64,000 bases of DNA, taken from assembly GCA_026770705.1 (NCBI GenBank), contig JANJGN010000036.1:1984001-2048000 (forward strand), given 5' to 3'. A program made the translations under genes and the position numbers. This DNA comes from Isurus oxyrinchus. Lineage: Eukaryota. Positions 11,701 through 26,267 of this stretch are shown piece after piece. Positions within the stretch are counted from its first letter, which is position 1. The number at the start of each line of letters is the position of its first letter. The notes beneath the pieces are model-generated. The model made no database searches and was not told where the DNA came from. It was given only the letters and a program-made list of their open reading frames with translations.

Positions 11701-14700
11701 CATCATTCTATATATAACGTCCCCGAGCCATTTGATTATATTGCAGTCTGTAACTCACTCCAGGGCATCTGATATTCTTTATATATTATGTAAACCACAC
11801 GTAACACCTCAATTAAATTCCAGCCTCTAACTCACTCCCTGATATCTGTTAATCTGTACATAAACTACCCTGAGCACCTGGACTACATACCAGTCTACAA
11901 CTCACTCCCACATCACTTTTATTCAATTTAAAATCCACCTCAAACCTCTCGATTAGATTCCAGACTTTACCTCACTCCCAGGTATCTGTTATTTGATATA
12001 AAAAACACTCCAAACCCCTCGATAAGAGCCCAGTCTACAACTTACTCCTGGGTATCTTTTATCCTGTATATAAGCTACCCCAAACCACTTGATTAGATTG
12101 CAGTCCGTAACTCAATCCCGAACATCTGTTATTCTATATATAAACCACCCTAAACCCCTTGGTTAGATTCCGGTCTGTAACTCATTCTCGGGCATCTGTT
12201 ATCGTATATATAAACTATCCTGAAACTCTCGATTATATTCCAGTCTGTAACTCACTCCCGGTATCTGTTAATTGATATATAGATCACCCTGAACCCCTCG
12301 ATTAGATTCCAGCCTGTAACTCAATCCCGGGTATCTGCTTTACTATATATAAACCACCACAAACCCCTTGATTAGATTCCATTTTGTAACTCAGTCCCGC
12401 GTATCTGTTAACATCTATCTAAACCACCCTGATCCCCTCAATTATATTCCAGGATGCAACTCACTCCTGTTTGCCTGTTATCCGACATATAAACCACACC
12501 GAATCCGTCGATTAGATTCCAGTCTATAACTCTTAGGTATTCTATGTTTAAATGACCATGAACCCCTCGATTGGATTCCAGCCAGTAAATCACTCCCATG
12601 TATCTCTTATCCAATATATAAACCCCCTGAACCCCATGATTATATTACAGTCTGTAACTCACTACCGGGTATCTGTTATTCGATATAAAAACCACTCCAA
12701 ATCCCTTGATAAGATTGCAGTGTGTAACTCACTCCTGGGTATCTATTATTCTATATATAAACCTGCCCAAACCCCTCGATTAGATTCTTGTCTGTAACTC
12801 ACTGCCGGGTATCCGTGATACAAAATTTAAACCCCAGAACCCCTCAATTAGATTCCATTTTATAACTCGCATCCAGATATTATATATATAAACCACCACG
12901 AAACCCTCAATTAGATTCTAGCCTGTAACTCACTCCTGGGTATCTGTTATCCTATATATAAATCACCCTGAACCGCTCAATTAGATTCCAGCCTGTAACT
13001 CACTCCCGGGTATCTGCTTTACTGTATATAAACCACCACAAACCGCTTGATTAGATTCCATACTGTAACTCAGTCCCGGGTATCTGTTAACCTATATATA
13101 TAAACCACCCTGATCCCCTCGATTAGATTCCAGTCTGTAACTCTCAGATATTCTATGTTTAAACGACTATGAAGCCCTCGATTGGATTCCAGCCTGTAAC
13201 TCACTCCCGCGTATCTCTTATCCTATATATAAACCACCCTGAACCCCTTGATTAGATTCCGGCCTGTAACTTCATCCCGGGTATCTGTTATCATATATAG
13301 AACCCACCCTGACCGCCTCGATTAGAATCTACTCTGTAAGTCACTCCCTGATGTCTGTTATTCAATATATAAACCACCCCAAGCCCCTCGATTAGATACC
13401 AGTCTGTAACTCACTCCCGAGTGCCTTTTTATCCTGGATATAAAACACACCAAACCCCTCGATTTGATTCCAGTCTGTAACTCAAAACGGGGTATTGGTT
13501 ATTCTATGTATGATCGACCACGAACCTCTCGATTAGATTCCAGTCTATATCTCACTCCTGGGAATCTGTCATTCTTTATATATTAAATACATATAATGTA
13601 TTTATAAACCACCCTGTATACCTCAGTTAAATTCCAGCCTGCAACTCAATCCTGGGTATCTGTTAATCTGTATATAAACAATCCTGAACTCCTGGACTAG
13701 ATACCAGTCTGTAACTCACACCCGGGTATCTGTTATTCTATATCTAAACCACCCCGAAGCCCTCGATTCGATTCCAGTCTGTAACTCACTCCTGGATATG
13801 TTAGCCTATTTATAAACCTCCCCAAACTACTCGATTGGATTGCAGTCTGTAACTCACTCCCGCGTTTCTGTTATTCTATGCATAAACCCCGAACCTCTCG
13901 ATTAGATTCCAGTCTGTAATACACTCTCGGCGATCTGTTATGCTACATATAAACCAACCTGAACCCCTTGATTAGATTCCGGTCTGTAACTCACTCTCGG
14001 GCATCTGTTATCCTATATATAAACCGCCCTGAACCCCTCGATTAGATTCCATTCTGTAACTCACTCCCGGTATCTGTTATTCGATATAAAAACAACTCCA
14101 AACCCCTCGCTTACATTCTTGTGTGTACCTCACTCCCGGGAATCTGTCATTCTTTAAATATTAAATACATATGATGTATAAAAAAAACCACCCTGTATAC
14201 CTCAATTAAATTCCAGCCTGTAACTCACTCTCGGGTATCTGTTAATCTGTATATAAACTATCCAGAACACCTGGACTAGATACCAGTCTGTAACTCCTCC
14301 CAGGTACCTGTTATTCTACAAAAAAACTACCACGATGCCTTCGATTAGATTCCGGTGTGTAACACGACCCCAGGTATGTGTTATTCTTTATATATTGTAT
14401 ACATATGATGTTTATATAAACCACACCAAACACCTCCATTAAATTCCAGCCTTTAACTCACTCCCGGATCCCTATTAATCTGTATATAAACTATCCTGAG
14501 CATCTCAACTGAATTCCAGCCTGTCACTGATTCTCGGGTATCTGTTATTCTATATATGAACCACTCCGATCCCTTCAATTAGATTCCAGTCTGTATTCAT
14601 TCCCAGGCATCTGTTATTCTAAAGGAAAACACACCGGACCCCTCCATTAGATTCCAGTCTGTAACTCACTCCCGGGTATCTGTTATTCTATATATCATCA

Positions 14701-17700
14701 CTCCTAGGTATCTGCTATCCTTCATATAAAGCGCCCCGAACCCCTCGATTAGATTCTAGTCATTAATTCAATCCCGGATATCTTTTATTCGATATAAAAA
14801 CCACTCCAATCCCCTCGATTAAATTCCAGTCTGTAACTCACTCCTGGGTATCTGTTACCCGAGATATAAACCACCCCAAACAACTCGATTAGATCGCAGT
14901 CTGTAACTCACTCCCTCGTATCTCTTATTCTATACATATACCACCCCGAACCTCTCAATTAGATTCCAATCTGCAACTCACTCCCAGGTATCTGTTATCC
15001 TATATATAAACCACGACGATCCCCTTGATCACGCTCTGGTTTGTAACCCACTCCCGGCTTTCTGTTATTCTATATATAAACCACCCAGAACCCTTTGAAT
15101 AGATTCCGTTCTGTAATTCTGGGTATCGGATATTCTATGTATAAAAGACTATGAACCCCTCCATTAGATTCCAGCCTTTAACTAACTCCAGGGTATCTGT
15201 AACTCGACATATAAGCCACCGCGAAACCCTCCATTAGATTCGAGTCTATAACTCACTCTCAGCTAACTGTTATTGCGTAGATAAAACACACCAAACTCCT
15301 CGATTAGATTCCAGTCTGTAACTTTCACCTAGACAACTGTTATTCTATATATTTGATAAACATATAATTTATATATAAACCACCCCGAAACCCTCTATTA
15401 AATACCAGTCTGTAACTCACTCTCAGGTATCTGTTATTCTATATGTAAACCACCCCGAAGTCCTTGATTAGATTCCAGTCTGTAACTCAATCCCAGGTAT
15501 CTGTTATACGATATAAAACCACTCCAAAACCCTCGATTAGATTCTAGTCCGTAACTCACTCCTGGGTATCTGTTATCCTATATATAAACCTCCCCAAACC
15601 ACTCGATTCGATTGCAGTCTGTAATTCACTCCCTGCTTCTGTTATTCTACATATATAAACTATCCCAAACCACTCAATTCGATTCCAGTCTGTAACTCTC
15701 ACCCGGCTATCTGTTATTCTATATATAAACCACCCTGAACCCCTTGATTGGATGCTGGTCTGTAGCTCACTCTCAGGCATCTTTTATCCTACATATAAGC
15801 CACCCTGAACCTCTCGATTAGATTCCAGTCTGTAACTGACTCTCAGTTATCTGCTATCCTATATATAAACCGCCCCAAACCCCTCGATTAAATTCCAATC
15901 TGTAACTCACTCCCGGGTATCTGTTATCCTTTGTATAAACCACCCAGAACCCCTTGAAAGATTCTGGTCTGTAACTCTGGGTATCGGATATTCTATGTAT
16001 AAACAACCACAAACCCCTCCTTTAGATTCCAGCCTCTAACTAACTCCCAGGCATCTCTAATTCGATATATAAACCACCCCAAAACCTTCCATTAGATTCC
16101 AGTCTATAACTCACTCCCAGGTAACTGTTATTGCATATATAAAAGACACCAAACTCCTCGATTAGATTCCAGCCTGTAACTTTCACCTAGGCATCTGTTA
16201 TTCCATATATTTGGTATACATATGGTTTATATTTAAACCACCCTGAACCCCTCTAACTCACTGTCAGGGAACTGTTATTGCTTATATAAAACACACCAAA
16301 CTCCTCGATTAGATTCCAGTCTGTAACTCACTCTAGGGTGCCTTTTATCCTATTCTTAAACCACACTGAACCCCTGAATTAGATTTCAGTCTGTAATTCA
16401 CTCCCGTGTATAGGCTATTCTATGTATAAACCACCACAAATGCCTCGATTACATTCCAGTCTGTAACTCACTCCCGGGCATCTGTTATTCTTTATATATT
16501 GTATACATATAATGTTTACATGAACCGCCCTGAACACCTCAATTAAATTCCAGCCTGTAACACACTCCCGGATCCCTGTTAATCTGTATATAAACTATCC
16601 TGAACACCTCGAGTAGATACCAGCCTGTCACTCACTCTTGGGTATCTGTTATTCAAAATATAAACCACTCCGAACTCGTCGATTAGATTCCAACCTGTAT
16701 CCCACTCCCAGGTATCTGTTATTCTATATATCAATCCCTGGACCCCTTGATTAAATTCCAGTCTGTAACTCACTCCCTGGTATCGGTTATTCTATGTATA
16801 AATGACCTCCAGTCTGTACCTCAATCCCGGGCATCTGTTATTCTTTATATATTATATACATGTGATGTATATATAAGCCATCCTGTATACCTCAATTAAA
16901 TTCCAGCCTGTAAATCTCACTGGTATCTGTTAATCTGTACATAAACTATCCTGAATACCTGGACTAGATACCAGTCTGTAACTCACTCCCGGGTATCTGT
17001 TATTCTATATATAAACCACCCCGAAGCCCTCGATTAGATTCCAGCCTGTAACTCAATCCCGGGTATCTATTATTCGATAGAAAAAAGCACTCCAAACCCC
17101 TCGATTAGTTTCCAGTCTGTAACTCACTCCTGGCTATCTGTTATCAATATATATATATACCGCCCCGAACCCCTTGATTAGATTCCAGTCTGTAACTCAC
17201 TCCCGAGAATCTGTTATTCGATATAAAAACCACTCCAAATCCCTCGATTAGATTCCAGTCTGTAGCTTACTCTCGGGTATCTGTTACCCTATTACCCAAA
17301 ATATAAACCAACCCAAACCACTCGATTAGATTGCAGTCTGTAATTCACTCCTGGGTATCTGCTATCCAATATATAAACAACCCAGAACACGTTGAATAGA
17401 TTCCGGTTTGTAACTCTGTGTATAGGATATTCTATGTATAAACAACCACGAACCCCTCCATTAGATGCCAGCCTCTTACTAACCCCCGGGTATCTGTAAT
17501 TTGATATATAAACCACTCCGAAACCTCCATTAGATTCCAGCCTATAACTCACTCCCAGGTAACTGGGAGTTATTGCATATATAAAACACACCAAAAGTCT
17601 CGATTAGATTCCATTCTGTAACTTTCACCTAGGCATCTGTTATTCTACATTTGATATATATATAATTTATATATAAACCACCCCGAACCCCTCTATTAGA

Positions 17701-18702
17701 TTCTGGTCTGTAACTCACTCCCGGGTGTCTGTGATTCTGTATATAAAGCTCCCCAAACCCCTCAGTTAGATTCCAGCCTGTAACTCACTCCCGGGTATCT
17801 GTTACCCTATATATAAACCACCCCGAACCAAACGATTAGATTGCAGTCTGTAATTCATTCCCTCGTATCTGTTATTCTATACATGAACCACCCCGAACCA
17901 CTCGTTTAGATTCCAGTCTGTAACACACTCCCGGGTATCTGCTATCCTGTATATCAACCACCCAGAACACCTTGAATAGATTCCGGTTTGTAACTCTGTG
18001 TATAGGATATTCTATGTATGAACAACCGTGAACTCCTCCATTAGATTCCAGCCTCTAACTAACCCCCGGGTATCTGTAATTAGATATACAAACCACCTCA
18101 AAACCCTCCATTAGATTCCAGCCTATAACTCACTCCCAGGTAACAGCTATTGCATATATAAAACACACCAAACTCCTCGATTAGATTCCAGTCAGTAACT
18201 TTCACCTTAGCATCTGTTATTCTATACATTTAATATACATATTATTTATATATAAACCACTCAGAAGCCCTCTATTAGATTCCGGTCTGTAACCCACTCC
18301 CGGGTGTCTATGATTCTATATATAAACCCCCGAAGCCCTCGATAAGATTCCAATCTGTAACTCACATCCAGGTGTCCATTATTCTATGTATAAAGCTCCA
18401 CAAACACCTCAGTTAGATTCCAGCCTGTTACTCACTCCCGGGTATCTATTATCGTATATATAAACCACCTCAAACCCTTTGATTAAATTCCAGTCTGTAC
18501 CTCCATCCCGGGTAATAGTTATCCTATATATAAACCACCCTGAAACCCTCAATTAAATTCCAGTCTGTAACCCCCTCCTAGGTAACTTATTATATATATA
18601 AACTACCCTGAAACCCTCGATTAGGTTCCAACCTGTTCCTCACTCCCGAATATCTGTTATTCTATATATAAAACACCCCTAACACCTCGATTAGATTCCA
18701 GC
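5690..18702. repeat. 13-kb tandem satellite, ~70-bp monomer (about 180 copies)
   Basis: Consensus CCCCTCGATTAGATTCCAGTCTGTAACTCACTCCCGGGTATCTGTTATTCTATATATAAACCACCCCGAA. A period of 69 is measured at 11044 to 11113. Confidence 0.98.
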
Positions 18703-21500
18703 TTTTCCACATCACAAGTTGAGGAAGGGGTCTCCCTCCATTTTAAAGATGGGGACAGATCTCGCTCCAATTTAAAGATGGAGAAGTGATATTTTGCACA
18801 ATATTGTTTTTTATACTCAATAATGTTTACAACTTTTTGAACATTTTCAGTTTTCCCCTGCACTGTCTCTTTCTCTCACCCCGTCTCGTTCATTCTCTCT
18901 CTTTCTCCTGCCCCATCAGTCTGTCACTTTCACCACGTCTCTCTGTTTCTCTGTCTCACCCCATCTCTTTGCCCGACACTCGACCCCCTCTCCTCATCAC
19001 ACTCTCTCTCTCTCACCCCATCCCTTTCTTTTTCTCGATCTGCTCTCTCTACCTCATTCGCTTTCCCCATCTCTCTCTCCATCTCTCTCATCCAGTCTCT
19101 CCGCCATTATGTCCCTCTATCTCTCGTTCCATCTATCTCTCTATTTCTCTCACTTCTTACCTCCATTGCTCTGCTGCCCTTTCTGTCCCCGCCATCTCTC
19201 TCCCTCTCGCCTCGTCTCTCTGTCGCTCTCTTTCTATCTCTGTCCCTCTCTCATCCCATCTATCTCTCCTCCTCTCTCTCTCTCTCTCTCTACATCTCTC
19301 TCTCCCAGCGTCTTTTGAGCCAAAATTGGATGTGAAGTTGAATGGAAAATATTTTCAGATCCCGGGAAAAGGCAGATGAGTGAGACCAGTGATTCGTGGA
19401 TATAAAATTGGCGGAGGGAGAGTAAACAGAGAGTAATGGTTCATGGGTATTTTTCAGGCTGGAAGAATGTTTGTAGTGGACATCCCCAGGGGTCAGTATT
19501 GGGATCTTTGCTTTTCCTGATGTACATCATCGATTTAGATCTTGGTGTGCAGGGGACCATTTCAGAGTTTGTGGACAGCACAAAACTTGGGAGAATTGTA
19601 AACAATGAGGGGGACAGTGTAGAGCTTCAAAAGAACATTGACAAGTTGGTAAAGTGGACAGATAGGTGGCCAATGATATTCAATGTGGAGAAGTGTGAGG
19701 TGATGCATTATGGTAGGAGGAACATGACAGACAAAATCAAATTAGGGGTAAAGTTTTGAAGGGGGTGCAGGAGCAGAAAGACCTGGGTGTATATGTGCAT
19801 TGTTCATTGAAGGTGGCAGGAGAGGGTGAGAGAGTGGTTCATAAAGCATATCGTATCCTGGAATTTATTAATAGGGGCAGAGAGAACAAGTGCAGGGAGG
19901 TTATGCTGAATTTATATAAGACATGAGTTAGACCTCAGCTGGAGTATTGTGTATGGTCCTAGGAGCCACATAATAGGAAGGATGTGATTCCTGGGGCAGT
20001 GTGATTACGTAGGATGCAATTGAATTTTACACCTCTTCTGTGTTTGATATTGGAATCATCTTCATTTAGGGTGTGCTGTGTTTTCGAGACATTTTCAGAT
20101 CTATTTAAATAATTTCCTTTTTGGATAGACTGCATCTGATTCAGCGTGAATTGGAGCTTTGCGTCCATTTTTAAGATTGTTTCAGAAAGTTTCTAACTTT
20201 GGTCCCTTGTTCCAGTCTCTCCCACAAGGGGAAACATCCTCTCTGCATCCACCCTGTCAAGTCCCCTCAGGAACTTACATGCTTCACTAAGAGCACATCT
20301 CCTAATTCTAAACTCCAATGGATACAGGCCCAGCCTGACCAACCTTTCCTCATTAGAAAATCAGAATTCTTTCCACATAAGATCAGAGATGATGAGAAAT
20401 GCCTCACACAGTTGGCCTTGTCCTTGTCTTCATTGGTTTCTGAGCAACAATCTGTTTCTGTTCTGACTGCCCTCGACCAGGCCTCTGTTTCTAATACATT
20501 GAACCCTGCCTCAGTTATTACTGCACTAGACAATCTCTAAGTCGATATAACATGCAGTAATGTCTCTGTGAATGCTACACTTCACCCCCACCTGTTTGGA
20601 CTGCACAGAACCATTTCTCTGTTTATCACACAATAGGCCTTGTCTTTATTTGGTATCTAACCTCACGCTGCCCCCTCCAGATCAGCCAGGATCTCATTGA
20701 ATGGCAAAACAGGGTTGAAGAGTTAATTGGTCTTTTTCTCTTTCCATGCGCTATGACCAATATCCTTTATTCATTCTCTGGCTCTCAGTCACCCACTCGG
20801 TCTGAGAGTCTCTATTTCACATTCACTTGATCTGTGTCTTCTCTCCCTGCCGTTCTTTCTCTAAGAATCCAGTCTACAACACCAGTTAGCCATGTTAGGT
20901 TTGTTCACAGTGGTCATTTTATGTTCTCACAGCAAAGGGTCGTTATTGACAGAATGACTCATATAACATTAATACTTTAGGTGTGAAAGAGAGACAGCTA
21001 TAGAGACATAAATTCACTGTGTATTCCCTGGAATATTGCAGGATCCGGGCATTCAGTCCCACATGCTGGTGTTGTGAATTTGAATCCTGAATTATCTAAA
21101 ATTGAATTTAGAATTAAAACCCTCCGGGATGGAATGATTCACATCCTGTCTGCTGCTGAAAAGCTCATGTGTATGGCTCAGTTTCTCTGTTTTTATAATG
21201 GTTTAAGATAACTTGCCATAAATCAACTCAGTCATAAATGTCCCAGTGCTATGACCAATATAATTCTTTCACCGTCTGCCTCTTCATCCCATCTTGCTCT
21301 GTGTCTCTTTAACATTCCCTCGTTCTGTGCCTTCGCTTTTTTTTCTCTCTCTCTCAGATTCTGGAAGAAAAATCAACAATCATCAGGCAGCCAATTGAGG
21401 TTTTTTCACAGTGGCCACTTTATGTTCCCACAGCACTGGGACATTTATGATAGAGTTGACTCCTCACGAATGTGACGTTAGTACTTTCAGTGTGACAGAG
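18700..21500 (+). repeat. Duplicated block B, copy 1 (30-bp repeat, CT-rich tract, CR1 fragment 19370-19985, non-TE segments)
   Basis: Colinear with about 46118-49500. A partial third copy lies at about 26265-27200. Confidence 0.9.
19370..19985 (+). mobile_element. CR1 LINE ORF2 (RT) fragment
   Basis: ORF 19436-19759: SGHPQGSVLGSLLFLMYIIDL...FVDSTKLG...FNVEKCEVMHYG. Confidence 0.9.
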
Positions 21501-22015
21501 ACGCAGCTATGGAGACACTGAGACACTGATCAAACACTCATCCCCGAAACTCTGCATTGTCCAGGTCATTAACACTTGCTGATTTAAAAAGGTCTGCAAC
21601 ACATCCCCCCTTCAGCCCTTTCCCAAATCCTTCAACCTGTATCTCCCCCATCATTCTTGAACAACATTTGTTGAATTTGACGCTGTGTTGAACCCCATGG
21701 TGTAAGTGGGTTGGGAGTGTTTGATGAACAGTGTAGTCAAAGCTTCACTCTGAAACACTGGAATTGAGGTTAAGGGGTGAATTGATCAAACGCTTCAAGA
21801 TAATAATGGAAATGAAGAGAGTGGATAACAGTGGTAAACTTGGAGAAGAGACCTCCCTTCATTTTAAAGATGGGGAAAGGAAATGTCAGAGGATAATATT
21901 TTTTACACCGAGGAATGTAGGAAAATATTTAGAGCTTTACCCTTTTTTCCAGCTGATAAACTTTTAATTTGAATTCTAATTCAGAGGAGAATGACTCTTT
22001 TTTAACTCAAGTATT

Positions 22016-22258
22016 GAGGGAGCTTTACTCTGAATCTAACCCCGTGCTGTACCTGTCCAGGGAGCTTTTGATGGGGACTCTGTAGAGGGAGCTTTACTCT
22101 GTATCTAAACCCGTGCTGTACCTGTCCTGGGAGTGTTTGATGGGGACAGTGTAGAGGGAGCTTTACTCTGTATCTAATCCTGTGCTGTACCTGTCTTGGG
22201 AGTGTTTGATGGGGACTCTGTAGAGGGAGCTTTACTCTGTATCTAAACACATGCTGTC
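22016..22258. repeat. 69-bp tandem repeat family B, array 1
   Basis: Unit GGGAGTGTTTGATGGGGACAGTGTAGAGGGAGCTTTACTCTGTATCTAACCCCGTGCTGTACCTGTCCT, about 3.5 copies. Confidence 0.9.
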
Positions 22259-22297
22259 CAATCTCAGATGCAGAAACAGATAAATCGGAGGTTTCAT

Positions 22298-23645
22298 TTC
22301 TGTGTCACTTTCTGTATCCTGAAGCTTCCATTTGGAGATGTAAATCTGTCAGTTGATGAATTTTGTCTTGAAAATTTCACCCTGAATAGTGTGAGCCTTA
22401 GTATTGTGGAAATGCGTGAAGAGAGTGTTTGCATTCACATAGTTCTACGGTGTGAAATGTGAGTTATCTTTGAAGCAATAGGATGTAGGGCCAGGGAGTC
22501 TGAATGGACTATCAGATTTTGGTTGATTAAAGAATGAATTTTAATGATGTCCTTTGCAGGAGCCGTTTACTGTAAATGCCCTGAGATAATGAAATGCTTC
22601 AGACCTGTTCCCAGCAAATTTTCCCGAAAAAATAATGGTTTCCCAATGTCTTAATAACTTTCCAATTCTTCAGACCCATGACGGGGGCAGAGATATTGTA
22701 AGATACAGATCATAAGATGCCAGAGAATCACAGAATTGAAGTTGTGGGGCCCTCTCATCTTTCAGAATGTCAGTTTTGATGCTTTAATCTGTGAACCTGG
22801 GCTAATGATTCAGAAAGCAGTATGTTCCAATCCCGCTCTTTGAGGTTGTGAATTTGAATTCTGAATTTTCTAAAATTGAATCTGGAATTAATAACATCCG
22901 GGATGGAATGATTCTCATTCTGTCTGCTGCTGCAAAGCCCGTGTGTGTGTCTCAGTTTCTCTGTTTTTATTTACGATTTAAGATAATGGGATAGAATGCT
23001 ACAAGTTTGCTAAAGGGCACAAAAAGAGGCAGCATTGTTAGCATTGTAGCTGGAAGCTTCAAATTCCACAGAGATATGAATGCCTTAAGTGATTGGGTGA
23101 AATATTGAAAGATGGATTTCATTGTAGGCAAATGTGTGGCCGCTCACTTTAAAAAGGATGGAACAGATTACATTATAAATGATGAAAGGCTGCAAACAAT
23201 GGGGATCAAGAGAGACTTGGGTGCCACTGTCCATTTGTGCCATTGCAAAGAAAACTTCAAACCGTTATAATGAGAAATTAAATGTGAACAATGGGGTAAA
23301 GCTGGTTAACAACTCATGCTAGATTCCATGAATCAGCCTCTGTAACCTGCACTTCAGCACATCACAAGAAAAATGATATTTTCAACGGTTCATGATTTGA
23401 ATCAATCATTCTGCATTAAAACCCCACTGAATCCCTCGATTAGATTCTGGTCCGTAACTCACTCCCAGGTATCTTCTATCGTATATTTAAACCATCACCA
23501 GAACCTTTGATTAGATTCCAGTCTGTAACTCAGTCCCGGGTATCCGTTCTTCAATATATAAACCACCCCAAGCCTCTCTATTAGATTCCAGTCTGTAACT
23601 CACTCCCAGGTATACGTTATTCTATGTATTAACCAGCCAGAACCC
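22298..23645 (+). repeat. Duplicated block A, copy 2, ending in about 3 monomers of the 70-bp satellite (23430-23645)
   Basis: Direct alignment by eye with 4575-5900. Confidence 0.9.
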
Positions 23646-23667
23646 ATCTAGCTGCAGCTGTTCTGGT

Positions 23668-24146
23668 AGTGTTTGATGGGGACAGTGTAGAGGGAGATTT
23701 ACTCTGTATCTAACCCCGTGCTGCACCTGTCCTGGAGTGTTTGATGGGGACAGTGTAGAGGGAACTTTACTTTGTATCTAACCCCGTACTGCACCTGTCC
23801 TGGGGTATTTGATGGAGACAGTGTAGAGGGAGCGTTACTCTGTATCTAAACCCATGCTGTAACTGTCCTGGGAGTGTTTGATGGGGACAGTGTAGAAGGA
23901 AAAACTTCTACACACAAAAGGTTGTGGATGTTTGGAACTGCCCTCACCAATTGTAGTTGATGCTGAGTCAATTTTAAATTTTCAAATCTATGATAGACCT
24001 GATCTGATGCCTTCCATAAATCCAAATATGCCTCTATTCCTCTCTCTCTCCTTGCTCAATGTGTATATGTTTGTGTGTGTATGTGTGTGTGTGCCTCTTT
24101 CTGTGTGTATCTGTTTCAATGGGTGCATCTGTGTATGTGTGTTTGT

Positions 24147-24198
<52 letters not shown>

Positions 24199-25570
24199 AT
24201 GTGAGTGTGTCCCTATTGCTCTCTCCCGTACTCTGGAAGCCTTCACATACATCATTTGGCCATTTTCAGTTGGCTCATGGTGGCCATTTTCTACACCAAA
24301 ATTCTGTTTTACCACAGCAAGTCTTCCTTAATATTGTACACCAACTGATCGGACAATGTAAAGGGAGCTTGAGGCTCTGTATAACCCTGTATTGTACCTG
24401 TTCTCCAAGTGTCTGATGGAAAGTGAAGAGGAAGGTTTACTCTGTTTCTTACATGTGCTGAACCTGTCATGGGCATCTTTGAAAGGGAGATTGTAGAGGG
24501 AGCTTTATTCGGTCCTATACCTGTCCTGTGAGTGTTTGATAGGGACAGTGTAGAAGGAGCCTTACTCTGTATCGTCCTTGTCCTGCAAGTGTTTGAGAGG
24601 AGATTGTGAAGAGAAATTTATTCTGTATTTGAACGGACAGTGTAGAGGGAGCTTGACATTCTATATAACCTTGTGTTATTTCTTTACTGCAAGTATCTGA
24701 TGGGAGAGTGAAAAGGAAGGTTTACCCATTTTCTTACGTGTCCTGGGCATGTATGAATGGGAGGTTGTAGAGGGAGCTTTACTCTGTACTGTACCTGTCC
24801 TGGGAGTGTTTGAAGGAGATTATACAGGGAATTTACTTTGTTGCTAACCATGTGCTGTTCCTGCCTTGGGACTGATTGTTGGGACATTGTAGAGGGAGAT
24901 TTACTCTGTACATAACCATGTGCTCTAACCCTCCAGGGACTGATTATGTGTGACCCTCTAAAGGGAACTTTTACCTGTACCTAACCCCGTACTATATCAG
25001 CCTGGGGAGCATTTGAAGATACAGTGTAGAGAGAATTTTATTCCATATCCAACAGCGTGCTGTGCCTGACATGTCCTGGGAGTGTATGATGTGACAGTTT
25101 AGAGGGAGTTAACTCTGTGTTTAACCCCATGCTGTAACTGTGCTGGGAGTGTTTTATGGGGTCGGTGTAGAGAGAGATTTCCTCTGTATCTAACACTGTG
25201 CTGTATCTATCCTGGGAGTGTTTGATGGGACAGTGTAGAGGGAGCTTTACTCTGTATCAAACCCTGTGCTGTACCTGTCCTGGGAGTGTTTGATGTGTTA
25301 GCGTAGAGTTAGTTTTGTTCAGTATCTATCCCTGTGCAGTGCCAGCCCTGGGAGTTCTTCCTGGGAACAGCGTAGAGAGAGGTTACTCTGTATCTAGCCC
25401 CATGCTGTACTTGTCCTGGGAGTGTTTGATGGGGACGGTATAGAGGGATATTAACTCTGTATCGAACCCTGTGCTGTACCTGTCTTTGGAGTGTTTAATA
25501 GAGACAGCGAAAGGGAGCTTTACTTTGTAGTTAACCTCGTGCTGTATCATCCCTTGGGGTATTTGATCGC
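23668..25570. repeat. 69-bp family B arrays (23668-23898; degenerate 24350-25570) around a GT-rich tract
   Basis: Same unit as 22016-22258. (GT)n at about 24153-24195. Confidence 0.85.
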
Positions 25571-25574
25571 AACA

Positions 25575-26160
25575 TTCTCATCCAACATGAAAGCATTCCA
25601 CAGAGCAGGGCTCACAAATTGAAAATGTGTTTCCTTGTTTGATTCTTTCTGGTCTGTTCTGATACTCTGATAGGTTCCTGGTGCTTATCCTCCACATGAG
25701 CAGTTGTCCTAATCCTGTGTAGTTGTCCTGCTCCCAAACACGGTATCTGACTCCAATAAGGCAATTAATACAGGAGCGTCTCAGTGAGTGAGACAGGTGA
25801 GTCTTGAGCCTGACCCGGGTGTATGTGAGTGACCCGGGTTAATCCGACACTCCAGGGACAGTTAAGACAGTTTCAATGCTACACAGCTTTGCCAGAATGA
25901 GCCCTGGATGCCAAGGGTTAAATTACAAAGTGAGATTGCACAAACCCGGGTTGTATTCCCTGAAATTTAGCAGCATCAGGTGTGATTTGATCAAGTTGTC
26001 ACAGTATGAGCCCTTTTCTAGTGCAACAAGCTTTCATCATACACCTTATGGAATCCTTCTTGAAAATCCAAGTATCCTTCCATCACCAGCTCTCGGTCTC
26101 TCGCTCACCCTCTCGGGCTGTATCTCTCTCAGCATCTCTCTGTCTGATGTATAAAATTTT
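25575..26160 (+). repeat. Duplicated block C, copy 1
   Basis: Matches about 28025-28620, and partly 52310-52565. Confidence 0.85.
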
Positions 26161-26267
26161 AAACCTCTTCGCAGCTGCATTCACACAATACAGACAGCAA
26201 TTTGTGTTAGATTTTGGAAATAATGCAAATGTTGTCAAACTCAGCACGCAGGGAAACATCTTAAATC

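Noticed and set aside
5690-18702. CRISPR-like array, or coding ORFs in the satellite
   Set aside because: Monomers are contiguous with no unique spacers, there are no cas genes, and the context is eukaryotic. The ORFs are repeat translations.
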